In this document: one piece after another, positions 13,898 to 34,399 of the stretch
How positions within the stretch are numbered: the stretch's first letter is position 1
How the letters are laid out: every line of letters starts with the position of its first letter
The notes under the pieces: generated by a model
Database searches by the model: none
What the model was told of the DNA's origin: nothing
The model's input: the letters and a program-made list of their open reading frames with translations, nothing else
Assembly (NCBI GenBank): GCA_000004695.1
Contig: CM000155.2
Location: 1,408,001-1,472,000 of the forward strand
Direction of reading: 5' to 3'
DNA from: Dictyostelium discoideum
Taxonomy: Eukaryota
Length of the DNA stretch: 64,000 nt
Program-made: the position numbers and the translations under genes

Positions 13898-14448
13898 ATA
13901 TTTTTTTTTTATTTTAAAAATTCGCTTCTTTATTTGAAATAAATTAAAAAAATAAAAAAAAAAACAATAATAATAATAAGAAAAAAAAAAACCAACTGGT
14001 GTTCAGCCATTATAACAAAATAAATATATTATATCTTTAATAAAACCAGAAAAAAAAAATAAAAAAAAAAAAAAAGGTAAAAAGAAAAAAAAAAAAAATC
14101 AATAAGAAATGTAAGAATATCAAGATATCTAGACACAAATATCTTTCTATTTTTTATTTTTATTTTTTTGATCAAAAGATTAAAAGTGATTGAGAAATAA
14201 ATAAAAATAAAAATAAAAATAAAAAGATAAAATTTAGCTATTTTTGTTTTTTGTTTTTTGTTTAATTTTATTTTTTCTGGAAAAAAATAAATAAATAAAT
14301 AAAAATAAAAAATAAATAATAAATATTTGATATTTCTTAAATCAAATTTTTATCTTTTTTTTTTTTATTTTTTTTTAATCTTATTTTTTCTGGAATAAAA
14401 TTCTTAAAAATAATCAGAATTTTGATTATTATTTGTCTCATTTTTTTA

Positions 14449-14479
<31 letters not shown>

Positions 14480-14488
14480 AATTTTTTT

Positions 14489-14521
<33 letters not shown>

Positions 14522-14660
14522 CTTTTTTTTTTTATTTTATTTTTTTTTTATTTTTTATTTTTTTTTTTTTAATTTTTTCTAAATTTTTTTTTTTTTTTTT
14601 TTTAACAAATTTATATTACACACTATAAAAATACATATATACATATTTATACACTTTAGG

Positions 14661-15817
<1,157 letters not shown>

Positions 15818-15952
15818 ATTATTTATCAATATTTCCTCTATTTAAAAGAAAAAATAAAAAAACATAATAAAAAATAAAAAATAAAAACTTTACAAAAAAA
15901 TAATAAAGGTTTTACTTCACTAATTATCCATCCATCCACCCACCCACCACCA

Positions 15953-15954
15953 TC

Positions 15955-16049
<95 letters not shown>

Positions 16050-16058
16050 ACAACAACA
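15953..16058. repeat. (CAA)n microsatellite of roughly 35 units in the rab2/HINT3 intergenic 3' region, preceded by CCATCCATCCACCCACCCACC
   Basis: A pure CAA trinucleotide run. It produces the spurious poly-Val minus-strand ORF 15838..16125. Confidence 0.9.
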
Positions 16059-16472
16059 ATAGCATTAGCCAACAAACAAACAATATAAAGTACAACTGCC
16101 TCATTATTAAAAAATATATCATCAATTATTAATAGATTTCATATGTATTTAAGAATAAAATAAAAAATAAAACTAATAATCCACCATCAATTATAGTCGA
16201 ACCAATTGTAATAGTAATAGAAATAAATTATGAAAAAAAAAAAAAAAAATAAAAAATAAAAAATAATAAAAACAATAATAATAATAATTATAATACATTA
16301 ATAATAAACTATGTAGTTCTTTTTTTTTTTTTTTTTTAATATATTCAAATAAAGGATTTTTATTTTTATTTTTTTTTTTAATGTGATATCTCCAAAAATA
16401 AAAATTGATTACTTAAATCACAAGTGATGATTTTCCATAAGATACAAGATTTTTTTATTATTATTATTATTA

Positions 16473-17495
16473 TTAAGCAACAGAATTATATAATTCATTT
16501 ATAACAGTGTTTACATCTTTAAACCACAATCCACCAAAATGAGGAGCGTATGAATGTTTTTTAAATTTTGGTGTAAATGGTGGGACTAAAAGATGAAGAT
16601 GTAAATGTTTTACACTGTAAAATGGAGGTGAATGGAACCCTAATACAATCCCACTCTGCCCTGGGAACTTCTCTGCAATTAATTGATCAGCCACTTGTTT
16701 CATCTCGACCACTAAATATTTTAAAAGAAAAAAAAAATAATAAAATAAATAAAATAAAATAAAATTATTATTATTATAAGAAACTGGCAGATGATCGGTA
16801 AATTCTGGGAATGTGTTGCCACACAATTTCATAAAAATTGCGCGATCAAAAAAAAAAAAAAAAAAAAAAAAGATCTGGGAAAAAAAAAAAAAAAATCAAT
16901 TGGTGTTTTGTGTGATGGGAAAGTGAACCTACAAACAGGAATATCTTTTTGAGTTAAAGTTTTAATTGAAACAATATGTTCTCTTGGGCAAATCTATAAT
17001 TATTGATAATTTTTTTGTTTTTTTAAATTTTTTTTTTTTTTTTTTTTATTAGTTTGTTTTTTTTAATTTTTTTTTTTTTTATACATTTTTATTTTTTAAA
17101 TATTTTTTATTATTACTTTTATTTTAAAAATTTATTTACTTACCAAATAATGAACAGTTGCTTTTGGAGTTCTATCATTAAAAACGATAACATTCTCAGT
17201 CTTCAAAGAAAATTATTTTTTAAAAAAAAAAAAAAAAATAGATATTTTTTTAAAAAAAAAAAAAAAAAAAAAATATAAAAATAGCTATTAATAATGGAAG
17301 TTAAAAATATCTTTTCTTTTTTTTTAAAAAATATGGAAATATTACTTGAAAAATAATTTTATCATTTGGGTAATCACAAAAAGGGCATCCTTGTGTTGTT
17401 GGCTTTTTTTTCATTGTATTGCTGCCAACAATTAATAATAAATTTAAAATTAAAGATGAATATACTGCCGCTGATCTTATTGAAATACTGTTCAT
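16473..17495 (-). CDS. HINT3-like histidine-triad (HIT) nucleotide hydrolase. Proposed 4 exons: 17346..17414 (or from the upstream ATG at 17495), 17144..17200, 16933..16993 and 16473..16711.
   Basis: The spliced product is (MNSISIRSAAVYSSLILNLLLIVGSNT)MKKKPTTQGCPFCDYPNDKIIFQ/TENVIVFNDRTPKATVHYL/ICPREHIVSIKTLTQKDIPVL/VEMKQVADQLIAEKFPGQSGIVLGFHSPPFYSVKHLHLHLLVPPF...GGLWFKDVNTVINELYNSVA. It shows the HIT motif HLHLHLL, the N-terminal CxFC, and a C-terminal tail resembling human HINT3 (SYWFITADHLIEKL). Donors are GTAATA, GTAAGT and GTAGGT; the last acceptor is TATTTAG. Which ATG is used is ambiguous: 17495 would add a hydrophobic presequence, 17414 would not. Confidence 0.68.
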
Positions 17496-18020
17496 ATTTT
17501 TTTTTTTTTTTTTTTTTTTTTTGTTGGTACAAATCCAATCAAGATTGTTTTTTTTTTTTTTGTGGGTCGACTATAAAAAATAATAAAAATAATAATAAAA
17601 ACGTTTGAAAAAAAAGTATTACTCCTTATTATTTTATTTATTTAATTATTTAATTATTTATTTTTGGAAAATTTTAAAAGGGGTTATAATTTATAATCCG
17701 AAAAACAATGGATTATTGCTATTTTTTATTTGATTTTTTTACACTATCTTATTTTTTATGTTTTTTTTTATTATTATTATTTTTTATTTTTAAATTAACG
17801 GATAATTAAACAATTAATTTATTTTATTATTAGCTTTTTTAAAGGAATTTTTTTTTTTTTTTTTTTTTTTCTAATAATCCATCAATCTAAAAGTCACACA
17901 AATACCTTTAACAACCAACAAACAACACTATTTAAATATCAACAAAATTTTGAATTTTTTTGAATTTTTTTTTTTTTTTTATTTTTTTATTTTTTTTTTT
18001 TTATTTTTTTATTTTTTTTG

Positions 18021-18051
<31 letters not shown>

Positions 18052-18071
18052 TTTTGAATATTTTAATAATA

Positions 18072-18113
<42 letters not shown>

Positions 18114-18159
18114 ATAGTTTGTAAAGGCACTAATCTGAAGAAAACATATTGATATCATC

Positions 18160-19213
18160 ATGGCTACTTCAATTTCATCATGGTAAGAATTATTAATAAT
18201 AATTTTAAAACGAAAATAATTCCGTCTATTTTAGAAATAAAGATAAAAATATCACATATTTTTATTTTTAATTTTTTATTTTTTTTATTTTTTTTAATTT
18301 TTTTTATTTTTATTTTAATTATTTTAATTATTTTTTTTCTACTTTGCATTAATAATCATAAACACCGTCATTAAATCAACCAAAGCAATAATAATAATAA
18401 AAACAAAAAAAATAAAAAAATAAAAAAACAAATAATATTTTTTTTATTTTTTTATTTTAAAAAAAAAATTGCGCCACACACTAATTTTTTCATTTAAAAT
18501 TTTTAAATTTCCAAATTTGTCCTTAGCGATATAACATTAAAAATACTATTTGTAGGTGATCCATCAGTAGGTAAATCGTCATTAATATGGAGAATGAGTG
18601 TAAGTATATTTTACAGATTTTTTTTATTTTATTTGATTACTTAAAAAATATTAATATTTGTTTTCGTTTTTTTTTTTCCTTTCCTTTCCTTTTTTTTTTT
18701 TATTTTTTTTTTAGGAAAATATATTTCCAACAGTTGAACAAGCGAATTTAACTTTGGCAAACTCGGTGGTAATTATAATTTATTATTATTTAAAATTTAT
18801 TTTATTATAATTTAATACTCACTCAATGCATTAATTTTCATGTGAATATCAAATGATAATTACTTCTCCTTCTTTATCCTTCATAAATCAATTAATTAAT
18901 TAATCAATTAATCAATTTCAATCCACCAACCAACCAACTATATATCAATTAATCTGTATCAAATAATAATTAACTCTCCTTTTTTACATTCCAAACCAAA
19001 AATTAATCAATCAATCAATACCTCATCATTTTTTAATTTTCTACTTTTGCCATTTTTTTTTTATAATCCAATAATTATAGAAATCAAGAGCAATTCAATT
19101 TGGGAAAAAGCAGATATTAGTAAAATTTGTAAGATTTCAATTGATTTAGTTTATTATTTATTTACTTTTTTTATAACAGAAATTTAACCAATAATCTCTT
19201 ATCAAACAACAAC

Positions 19214-19309
<96 letters not shown>

Positions 19310-19565
19310 TATATAGTTTGACACAGCAGGCCAAGAAAGATTTAGAACCATTTCAAAATCATTTTATTCAAACACAGATATAATTATTCTTACATATGAC
19401 CAAAACAATCAATCAACATTTGATCATCTTGTTCAATGGCACACCGAAATTCAAAGATATTGTTCTAAAAATACTTTTATAGCATTAGCAAGTACAAAGA
19501 GGGATTTACCTCCTGTAGTTGACCCATCATTAGCTCAAGTAAGAAAAACAGTTTTATTTTATATA

Positions 19566-19638
<73 letters not shown>

Positions 19639-19984
19639 TTTAATGATTACTAATATTGATTTCTATTTTTAGAATTTTGCAAATGAAAAGGGAATTTTAT
19701 TTATGGAAACAAGTTCTTCAACAAATGAAGGTATTGAAGATTTATTACAAACTGTTATAAAGAGTGCTGGTGAAAAGTAAGTTTTAATTATTTTGTCATT
19801 TTCATTTTTTTTTTTTTCTTAACTTTAGGACTAATTAACTTTTTTTTTTTTTTTATTTTTTAGATTATATACAGAGGAAAATTGGATTAGATTTAAGTTA
19901 AGAGGTGAACAAAATACACGTCAAACAAGGGGAAGCTCACAAGGAACAGAACCAAGAAAAACTGGTTTCTGTCAAATTCTATAA
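18160..19984 (+). CDS. divergent Rab/Ras-superfamily small GTPase. Proposed 7 exons: 18160..18182, 18527..18599, 18715..18768, 19081..19119, 19317..19538, 19673..19776 and 19864..19984.
   Basis: The spliced 211-aa product is MATSISS/CDITLKILFVGDPSVGKSSLIWRMS/ENIFPTVEQANLTLANSV/KSRAIQFGKKQIL/FDTAGQERFRTISKSFYSNTDIIILTYDQNNQSTFDHLVQWHTEIQRYCSKNTFIALASTKRDLPPVVDPSLAQ/NFANEKGILFMETSSSTNEGIEDLLQTVIKSAGEK/LYTEENWIRFKLRGEQNTRQTRGSSQGTEPRKTGFCQIL. It has a P-loop GDPSVGKS and switch II DTAGQERF. G4 is the variant TKRD and the C-terminus is the CaaX box CQIL. All donors are GTAAGT-like (GTAAGA, GTAAGT, GTAATT, GTAAAA). The ORF track lists none of these exons because each is shorter than 60 aa. Confidence 0.68.
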
Positions 19985-20527
19985 TGTATTTTCTAGCGAG
20001 ATTATTTAAATTTTAAAAAGAAGAAAAAGAACCAAAAAAAAAAAAAAAAAAAAAAAAAAAACAAGAAAATAGAAAAAAAAAAAACAAGAAAATTTAAAAA
20101 TCAAGATAATAATAATAATAATAACCTATCAAACCAAAAAACCAATTATCAAGGCTACATATCACAACAAATAGTACTGTATAAATTGTTCTTTAATTAC
20201 AAAACAACCAAGTTTTCAAAAAAAAAAAAAGAAAAAAAAACCAAGAAAAAAAAAATTTCAAGAAAAAAAAAAACCAAAAAAAAAAAAAAAACTTTATTAC
20301 CTCATATATTATCTTTTTTAAATAAAAAAATGTAAGATTAGAAAAAAAAAAAAAAAACATAGTTATGAATTAAAATGATCCTTTTTTTTTTTTAAATTTT
20401 TAAACAATATTGGTCAACAACGTAAATTTTTTTAATAATAAATCTTATATTTTTTTTTTTTTTTTTTTTTTGGTTTAAATTTTTTAAAATCTTTTTTTAA
20501 TTTTTTATTAATCAATAAATTATCTTC

Positions 20528-23262
<2,735 letters not shown>

Positions 23263-23979
23263 GATCAAATTTAATTTTTTTACTTATTTTTTTTTATATA
23301 TATTATTTGTATAAACATACAAAATTGAAAGTAATAAATGTTTTTTTTTTTTTTTTTGTAAAAAGGAAAATTAAAAAAAAAAAAGAAATCAATTCTTTTT
23401 TTTATAAAAATATTGTTTTTTTTTTTTTTTTTTTGGAAAAAAAAAGTTTATTAATATTATATAATTATATTTTTTTTTTATTTATATTAAATTGAATATT
23501 AATTTAAATTATTATTTTTTATTTTTTTTTTTGGTTATAAAAAAAAAAATAATAAAATATAAAAAGGTAAAATAATACCAATAATAATCCAAATAGGGAT
23601 ATAATATACTTGTAGCGTTTAATAAGAGAGAAAAAATAAATAAATAAATAAATAAATAAATAAAAAAAAAAGAGGCAATCACCACCCTCTTTTTTTTTTT
23701 AATTTACTGGGTTTGAGAACTATTTTTATTATTAATTTGGGCCATTAAAAAATTGAACACAAAAAAAAAAAAAAAAAAAAAATTATTATTATTATTATTT
23801 TATTTATTTTTTACTTTTAGATAAACCAATCTAACAACAAAAAAAAAAATAAAAATAAAAATAAAAAAAAAATTCCCAAAAAAAAAATTAAAAAATAAAA
23901 AAAAAAAAAATAGATATTAAATTAAAACGATTGCAAGAAATAATTAAAAAATAATTTTTTTTAAAAAAAAAATGATAAC

Positions 23980-24011
<32 letters not shown>

Positions 24012-24234
24012 GTGTTATTAAGCTTATAATGATAACATAATTTATAAAAATATCTTAGTGGTTGATATTAAATTGGCGTTATGTATGTGAGTAAAAAGTG
24101 TTTGGTTTTTTTTTTTTTTTTTTTTTTTTAATTAAAAAAAGGGTTATTGTTGGGAAAGGGGTTTGGGTTTAGCTAAATGATTTTTTAAAAATATCAAAAA
24201 CAAAAAAAAAAAAATTATAAAAAAAAAAAAAAAA

Positions 24235-24265
<31 letters not shown>

Positions 24266-25747
24266 CCCCCCCCATACATGGGATTGGGTAATTTAATTTA
24301 ATTTTTAAATTTTTATAAATAATTTAAGGGGAGCATATTATTAAAAAGGAATTTTCATTATTTATATAAACTACAATTTTTTAAAAAAATTAATTATTTT
24401 TTTTATTGTTTTAAAAGAAGTTGGAAAAAAAAAATTTCCTTTTTTTTTATAATAAAAAAAAAAAAAAAAGAAATTAACCCTGGGAGGGATAAATAATAAA
24501 TAAAAACTATGATGAGAAAAATATAAATGACATTTAAAAATTATATATAGTATTTTTTTTTTTTTTTTTAAAACTTACATTTAATAAAAAAAAAAGAAAG
24601 AATAATATTATTTAATTTATTGTTTGTTGTTATTATTATTTTTATTATTATTTATTTTATTTATTTATTTTATTTATTTATTTATTTTATTTTCTTTTCT
24701 TTTTTTTCCTTTTTTAATTATTTTTTTTTATTTTTTGGAAATAATTAATTTCTTTTTCCTATTCACTTTTTTTTAATTTATTTTATTTTTTGATATTTTA
24801 ATAAAAAAAAAAAAAAGTCAAAGTATTATTATTTGTCCAAATAAAAATGCAATAATATTAAATGTTATTTTTTTTTTTTGAAAAGATATAGATACTGGTA
24901 ATAAAAAAAAAAAAAATCAAAAAAAAAAAAAATTAAAAAAAAAAACGATTGTTTTTGTGTGGGTGGACTTTCAACGATTTTTTCAAAATACAGATCGGGT
25001 TGGTTATTTTAAAGCAGGTCACAAAGTATAATAACAATTTTAAAAGATCCACAATTGAAAAAAAAAATTATTTAACATTGGTCTCTTTCATAAAAGGGAA
25101 GTTTTTGTTTAGAAGTTGGGAATAAAAATTAAAAAAATTAAAAAAAAAAAAAAAAATTAAAAAAAATAAAAAAATAAAAAAAAAAAAATAAAAAAATAAA
25201 TGTTTTCAAACGAACTAAATAATTTTAAAATAATTTTAAAAATTAAATTTAGTAGATTTAAAAAAAAAAAAAAAAAAATAAAAAAAAAAAAAAAAAAAAT
25301 AATTATAATTAAAATTTAAGATGAAAAGGATTTCGCACATTCATTAAAAAAAAAAAAAAAAAAAAAATTAAAAACCAATAACGGTCAAAGGTAAATTCCG
25401 AAAAAATATTTTCAGTTGACATTATTTACAATTAATAAAACAAAAAAAAAAAAAAAGAAAAAACAATTGAAAACTATTAGAAATATCTTATTCCAAAAAA
25501 TAAAATAAAATAAAATAAAATAAAATAAAATAAAATAATTGCAATGCAAATGCCCAAAAAAAAAAAAAAAAATAAAAAATAAAAATAATTCCAAAATCCT
25601 GGAATAAATAAAAGAGTTGAGTTTTTTTTTTCTTTTATTAAAACTTAAAAAAAATTAAAAATAATTATGAAATAGTTTTTTGTTTTGTTTTTTTTTTTTT
25701 TTTTTTTTATTTTATAAAATATGTAATCTGTTTTATTTTTTATTTTT

Positions 25748-29035
<3,288 letters not shown>

Positions 29036-29417
29036 TTTTTTTTTTTTTTGTTTTTTTTTTTTATTTTATATATATTATTATTATTGCTGTTTAAATTTTA
29101 ATAAAAAATAATAATAATTATATTTATAATATACAATACAAAACATAGGTGTGTGTGTGTTTCCTGTGTATAAACTTTTTTTTATTTTTATTTTTTTTTT
29201 TAATTTTAATTTTTTAAAAAAAAAAAAATTTTTTGTTTTTATTTAAAAAGCCCAAAACGAAAAAAAAAAAAAAAGGGAAATTTGAGTAAAAAAAAAAATA
29301 AAAAATTTTTTTTTAACTTAAGTAACTAACTGAGTAATTAAGTAACTTTTTTGGAAAAAAAAAAAAAAAAGGAAAAAAAAAATTTTAATTTAAAAAAACC
29401 AAAAAAAAAAAATAAAA

Positions 29418-29455
<38 letters not shown>

Positions 29456-30507
29456 TTTTATTTTTATTTTTAATTTTTGTTATTATTATTATTTTTATTT
29501 TTTTTATTTATATTTATTTTTCTTTTTTTAGTCTTTTCCTATTATTATTTTTTCATTTTACTATTTTTTTGGGGGTGCCAACAATAATTATTACCCTGTT
29601 CTTTTATTATTAATTTAAAAAATATATGCATTCCATAAATTCAAGCGAAATATAACCCAAACTTGTAAGATATTTTTTTTTTATTTATTTTATTTTTTTT
29701 ATTTTTTTTTTTTTTTTTTATTTATTTATTTTTTTTATTTATTTATTTTTTTTTTTAATTATTAAAATAAAATATTTAGAATATCTAATTCTCAAAATCA
29801 TTCAACTCGGTTAAAGATATTCCAAATGGTCTTATTTTTGATATGACTAATAATATGTTAAAACCAAAAAAAAAAAAAAAAAAAAAAAAAACTAACATTT
29901 ATTTTTATACCAAATAATTTCAATTATTATTGATAGGTATAAAACAGATATTTATAAATAGAAGATCCAACCCAACAAAAATATTTCTACAAAATAAAAA
30001 AAAAAAAAATAAATAAAGAATAAAAAAATACAAATTGCTTTAAAGTTTATTATTGCTTTTATATTATTTTTTTTAATTTCTTATTTTTTTTTTGATTTTT
30101 TTTTTTCCACTAAATTAATTCCAAAAACCACTGACAAACTGGGTGTTTGAATGTAAGTTTTGAATAATTTATATGTCTTGTGTTTAAGCAATTTTGAATA
30201 TTTTTGATGGTTTTTGTGAAAATAAATTAATAGAAAAAATAAAAAAAATAAAAAAAAATAAAATTGAAATTAAAAATTACCAAATTAAGTGTTATTTTCT
30301 TTATTTGATTAAAAGTGTGGCAGTGAAAAAAAAAAAAATTTTGAATTTCGGAAAAAAAAAAAAAATTCCAAAGCAAAAAAAAATTTTATTTTTTTTAAAT
30401 TTTTTTTTTTTTTAATTTTTTTTTTTTTTTTCAAAATTTTTTATTTTTTTTTTTCAATTTTTTATTATTATTATTTTCTGTACAACAACTCTATTCGTTT
30501 ATATAAA

Positions 30508-32245
30508 ATGAACTCAGCATCAAAGTTATTTGTTGTTTTGGCTTCACCAGCCAACCAACGTAATATGGCCACCTTAAAGGATCGTATGTAAACATATATA
30601 AAAAAAAAAATAATAATAATAATAATAAATAAAATAATAAAAAAAAATAAAAAATAAAATAAAATAAAAGAATCTTTTGATCACTTTTTTTTTTTTTTTT
30701 TTATTATTTTGTTTTATTTTATTTTTTTTCATTTTATTTTTATTTACAAAAATAAAAAAAAAATGAAAAAAATAAAACTTAATCATTCATAGTGTAATCA
30801 AACAAATTGTCACAACTACCATTGCCACATTAAAAAAAAAAAAAAAAAAAAAAACAACCCCAGTGTGAACAAACATCAAAAAAAAAAAAAAAAAAAAAAA
30901 TCAAGATAAAAAAAAAAAAAGAAAAGCAATAGTTATACAAGAATATAATTACATAATAACATATAGATCAATCACTAATTTTAGATACGAATAGTCAAAT
31001 TGTCAATATTGATAAAAAACAAAGAATTCCAAAAATTTCATCAAAATTTTTCAAATTTAAAAAAAATTTTTTTTAAAAAATAGCACTCAAATTAATGGAG
31101 AAATTATAGCTTTATACAATGATAATCAAGTATTTATATTTTATTGAAAAGTGGTAGTAATAATCATTATGGTGTGGTTGTGGTTGTGGTTGTGGTTGTG
31201 GTTGTGGTTGTGGTTGTGGTTGTGGTGTGGTAGTTGATGATGAAAATGACAACGATTATACACTATATTACAATAAAAATAATGATATCTTTTATAAAAA
31301 ATTGATATTAATACTTTTTATTTATTTAATTCATGATTCAAATTAATGAAAATATAAATCAATTAATAATAATAATTAAAAATAATTTAAAATAATATAG
31401 TTAAGATTCGTTTAGGTACTGTTAAAACCATTTCTAAACTTACCAAAACTTTACATATGGTAGCTTCATCAAAATTACGTAGTGCAGAAAAGAAAGCAGA
31501 AGAATCAGGTCCATACAGTGTTGGTCCACAAAAAGTTTTAGGTGTAGTAGAAACTGCTGATGCATTCAACACCGCCACTGAACCAATTGAAGATAGATCA
31601 AATAAACAACTTTTAATTGCCATCACCACCGATACTGGTATGTGTGGTCCAGTTAATCATCAAATCATCAAAACCATTAAAGCCCTCCTCAAAGATGATG
31701 CCAAACAAGAGATTTTAGTTTCAACCACTGGTTTGAAAGGTGTTGCACCAATCGTTGCCGATTTCCCAAATCAATTTTTGATAAATGGTCGTGATTTTGG
31801 TAAAGCAGATTACAGTTTCCCAGAAGTTTTACTTTTCTTAAATGAAATCATTAGCAAAGTACCAAATTATGACTCTGCTCTCGTCGTTTACAACAAATTC
31901 AAAAATGCCCTCTCATACAGTGTCGATCGTCAATTCATTCCAGGTTTCAATCTCCTCGAATTAAATCGTGATAAATTCTACGAATATACTACCTCTGAAG
32001 ATCGTGCTGCCACCATGAAAGATCTCTCTGAATTTTATTTAGCCTCATCCTTATGGACTGGTTTATATCAAAACAGAGCCTCTGAAATGGCTGCTCGTAT
32101 GGTTGCTATGGATAACGCTTCAAAGAATGGTGAATCTATTTCTCAAGCTCTCGGTCTCCAATATAACAGAGCTCGTCAAGCTATGATTACCTCTGAATTA
32201 ATTGAAATCGTTTCTGGTGCCAGTGCAATTGAATCAAGTGATTAA
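30508..32245 (+). CDS. atp5C1: mitochondrial ATP synthase F1 gamma subunit. Proposed exons: 30508..30583 and 31401..32245, separated by an unusually long 817-nt intron.
   Basis: Exon 1 is MNSASKLFVVLASPANQRNMATLKD (compare human ...QVRNMATLKDI) and ends at donor GTATGT 30584. Exon 2 follows acceptor AATATAG (31400) and reads LKIRLGTVKTISKLTKTLHMVASSKLRSAEKK...ITSELIEIVSGASAIESSD, the full-length gamma-subunit fold, matching ORF 31457..32245. Confidence 0.88.
31171..31232. repeat. (GGTTGT)n hexanucleotide repeat of about 10 units inside the atp5C1 intron
   Basis: GGTGTGGTTGTGGTTGTGGTTGTGG... is a G/T-rich island in an intron that is otherwise more than 85% A+T. Confidence 0.85.
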
Positions 32246-32873
32246 ACAAATTTTATTTAAATATAATTTTTTAAAAAAAAAAAAAAAAATAATAACTTTT
32301 AAAAAAAAAAAAAAAAAAAAAAACTTATCCCTATAAGGTACTTTTAATTTAAAAAAATACATAAAAAAAAATGATATATATAATAAATACAAAAATAATA
32401 ATAAAAAAAAAAAAAAAAAAAAAGTAATAATATTGTAAAATCTGTTTTATTTATTTATTAATTTATTTATATATTTATTTATTTATTTATTTATTAATTA
32501 ATTTATTTATTTATTTATTTATTTATTTGTTTATTTTTTTTGTTTTTTTATTTTTTTTATTTATTGGTTTATTTATTTTTTTATTTTTTTGTTTTTTTAT
32601 TTTTTTTATTTTTTTTTTTTTTTTGACATTTTATTTATTTCCTTATATAATATCAAGGGACATTATTTCATTTCGCGAGGATTCAGATGTTCATACCTAT
32701 CAAAACAGTGTTATTGAAATAAGGTTACGCTAAAATATATTTTTTTTTTAATTTTAAATTGTTATTTTTTTTTTTTTTAAAAGTTAGATTTTTTATTTGA
32801 AAAAAAAGTTAATGGCAACAAAACTCATCATTTTTTTTTTTTTTTCTTTTTTGATGTAAGGAAAAAAAAAAAG

Positions 32874-32905
<32 letters not shown>

Positions 32906-33125
32906 TAATAACAAAAAATAAAATAAAAATTAATTAAAAAATAAAAAAATAAAAATCAAATATATTTTTTTTTTACCTCATTAATAATTATTTGGGTAGT
33001 TTATTATTATCATTATTATTATTATAATTATTTTTTATTTTTCATTTATTTTTTATTTTATTTTTTTTATTATTTTAAACACACAATTTTTAAAAATTTT
33101 ATCCCTACCCAGATAAAAAAAAAAA

Positions 33126-33295
33126 ATGTACAATAATAATCAAAACCACCATAATAACGATAACAATATGAACAAAGATGAACCAACAACAATTTACCCA
33201 GAATTTATATCAATTTCAAATGAGATTAAAACTAATGGATCAACCAATTCTTATTTAAATAATATTAGAAGGGAAATGCTATCAATGGTTAATAG

Positions 33296-33376
<81 letters not shown>

Positions 33377-33986
33377 CAGTATAGTTATAAATATGGACAC
33401 AATTAATAATAATAATAATAGTAATAATATTGATATTAATAAAAGTGGATACAGCCAAATTAGTAATACAACATCAAATGATAATTTAAATAAAACTTTA
33501 CTTGGAAATAATGAAATTTCTCAAATTAATGATATAGATGATGATTCTTCACCAGAGTGCGTTTGTTAATTTAATTTATTTTTATTTTTTAATAAGAAAC
33601 AAAGAAATCGTTCATTTTATACTAACAATAATTATTTATTATTAAAAAAAAAAAAAAAAAAAAAAAATTATTAAATTATATGAATAGATTTATAAAATAT
33701 AAAAAATTTATAAGTTCACTTTCATATATAACATTTATTGGAGCGGCAATTGTTTTAATTAACCAAAAAAAAAGTGTATATATTCAATTTCATGCGTATC
33801 AATCATTTTATATTTCAATGGGTGTAATAGGATTTCAATTTTTATTAATATGGTCAGATATATTATCAATTATTTTATGGTCTTTATACCTATTATTTAC
33901 AATATTTATGTTTTTAAAAGTTTCATTTGGAGGTAGGTTATTTCTATTTTTTTTAATTTTTAATTATGATTATTAATTTTAAAACT

Positions 33987-34026
<40 letters not shown>

Positions 34027-34399
34027 ATTTATAATAATAATAATAAAAATAATAATAAATAGGCTATGGTAATTCAACAATATATAAATTACCAATTATA
34101 GGTAATCTATCAGAACAAAAGGCAAAATTAAGATCACAGGAATATTCAAGATATTTTAAATACCATGAAGATTTATTTATTAAAGAATTAAGAGAACATA
34201 AACAAGCATTAATTCATCAATCAAATTTAAATAGAAATAATAATAATAGTAATAATGTAAATAATAATGGCCATCAAAGAATTAATTCAAATTCAAGTAG
34301 TGTAGTGATGAGTGGTGATGTTGAATCAATGTTAAATAGCAGTGGAAGTAATAGTAGTATTTATTCTGATGTTCAAAATGATATTGGCACCAATGAGGA

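Noticed and set aside
15838-16125. minus-strand ORF encoding about 40 consecutive valines
   Set aside because: It is the reverse-complement reading of the (CAA)n microsatellite (TTG/GTT frames). It is not a gene.
17555-17575. DUSE-like motif ACCCACAAA on the minus strand (plus strand TTTGTGGGT), upstream of the HINT3-like gene
   Set aside because: It matches the [AT]CCCA[CT]AA ncRNA promoter element only as a 9-mer. No small-RNA-like structured sequence lies 60 nt downstream, only a poly-A run and then a protein-coding gene. It is probably a chance match or part of the HINT3 promoter.
24261-24295. C8 run and near-palindrome CCCCCCCCATACATGGG in the 2.4-kb intergenic region
   Set aside because: It is conspicuous, but it is a single isolated occurrence with no flanking structure. 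A C-homopolymer alone is not enough to call a feature.
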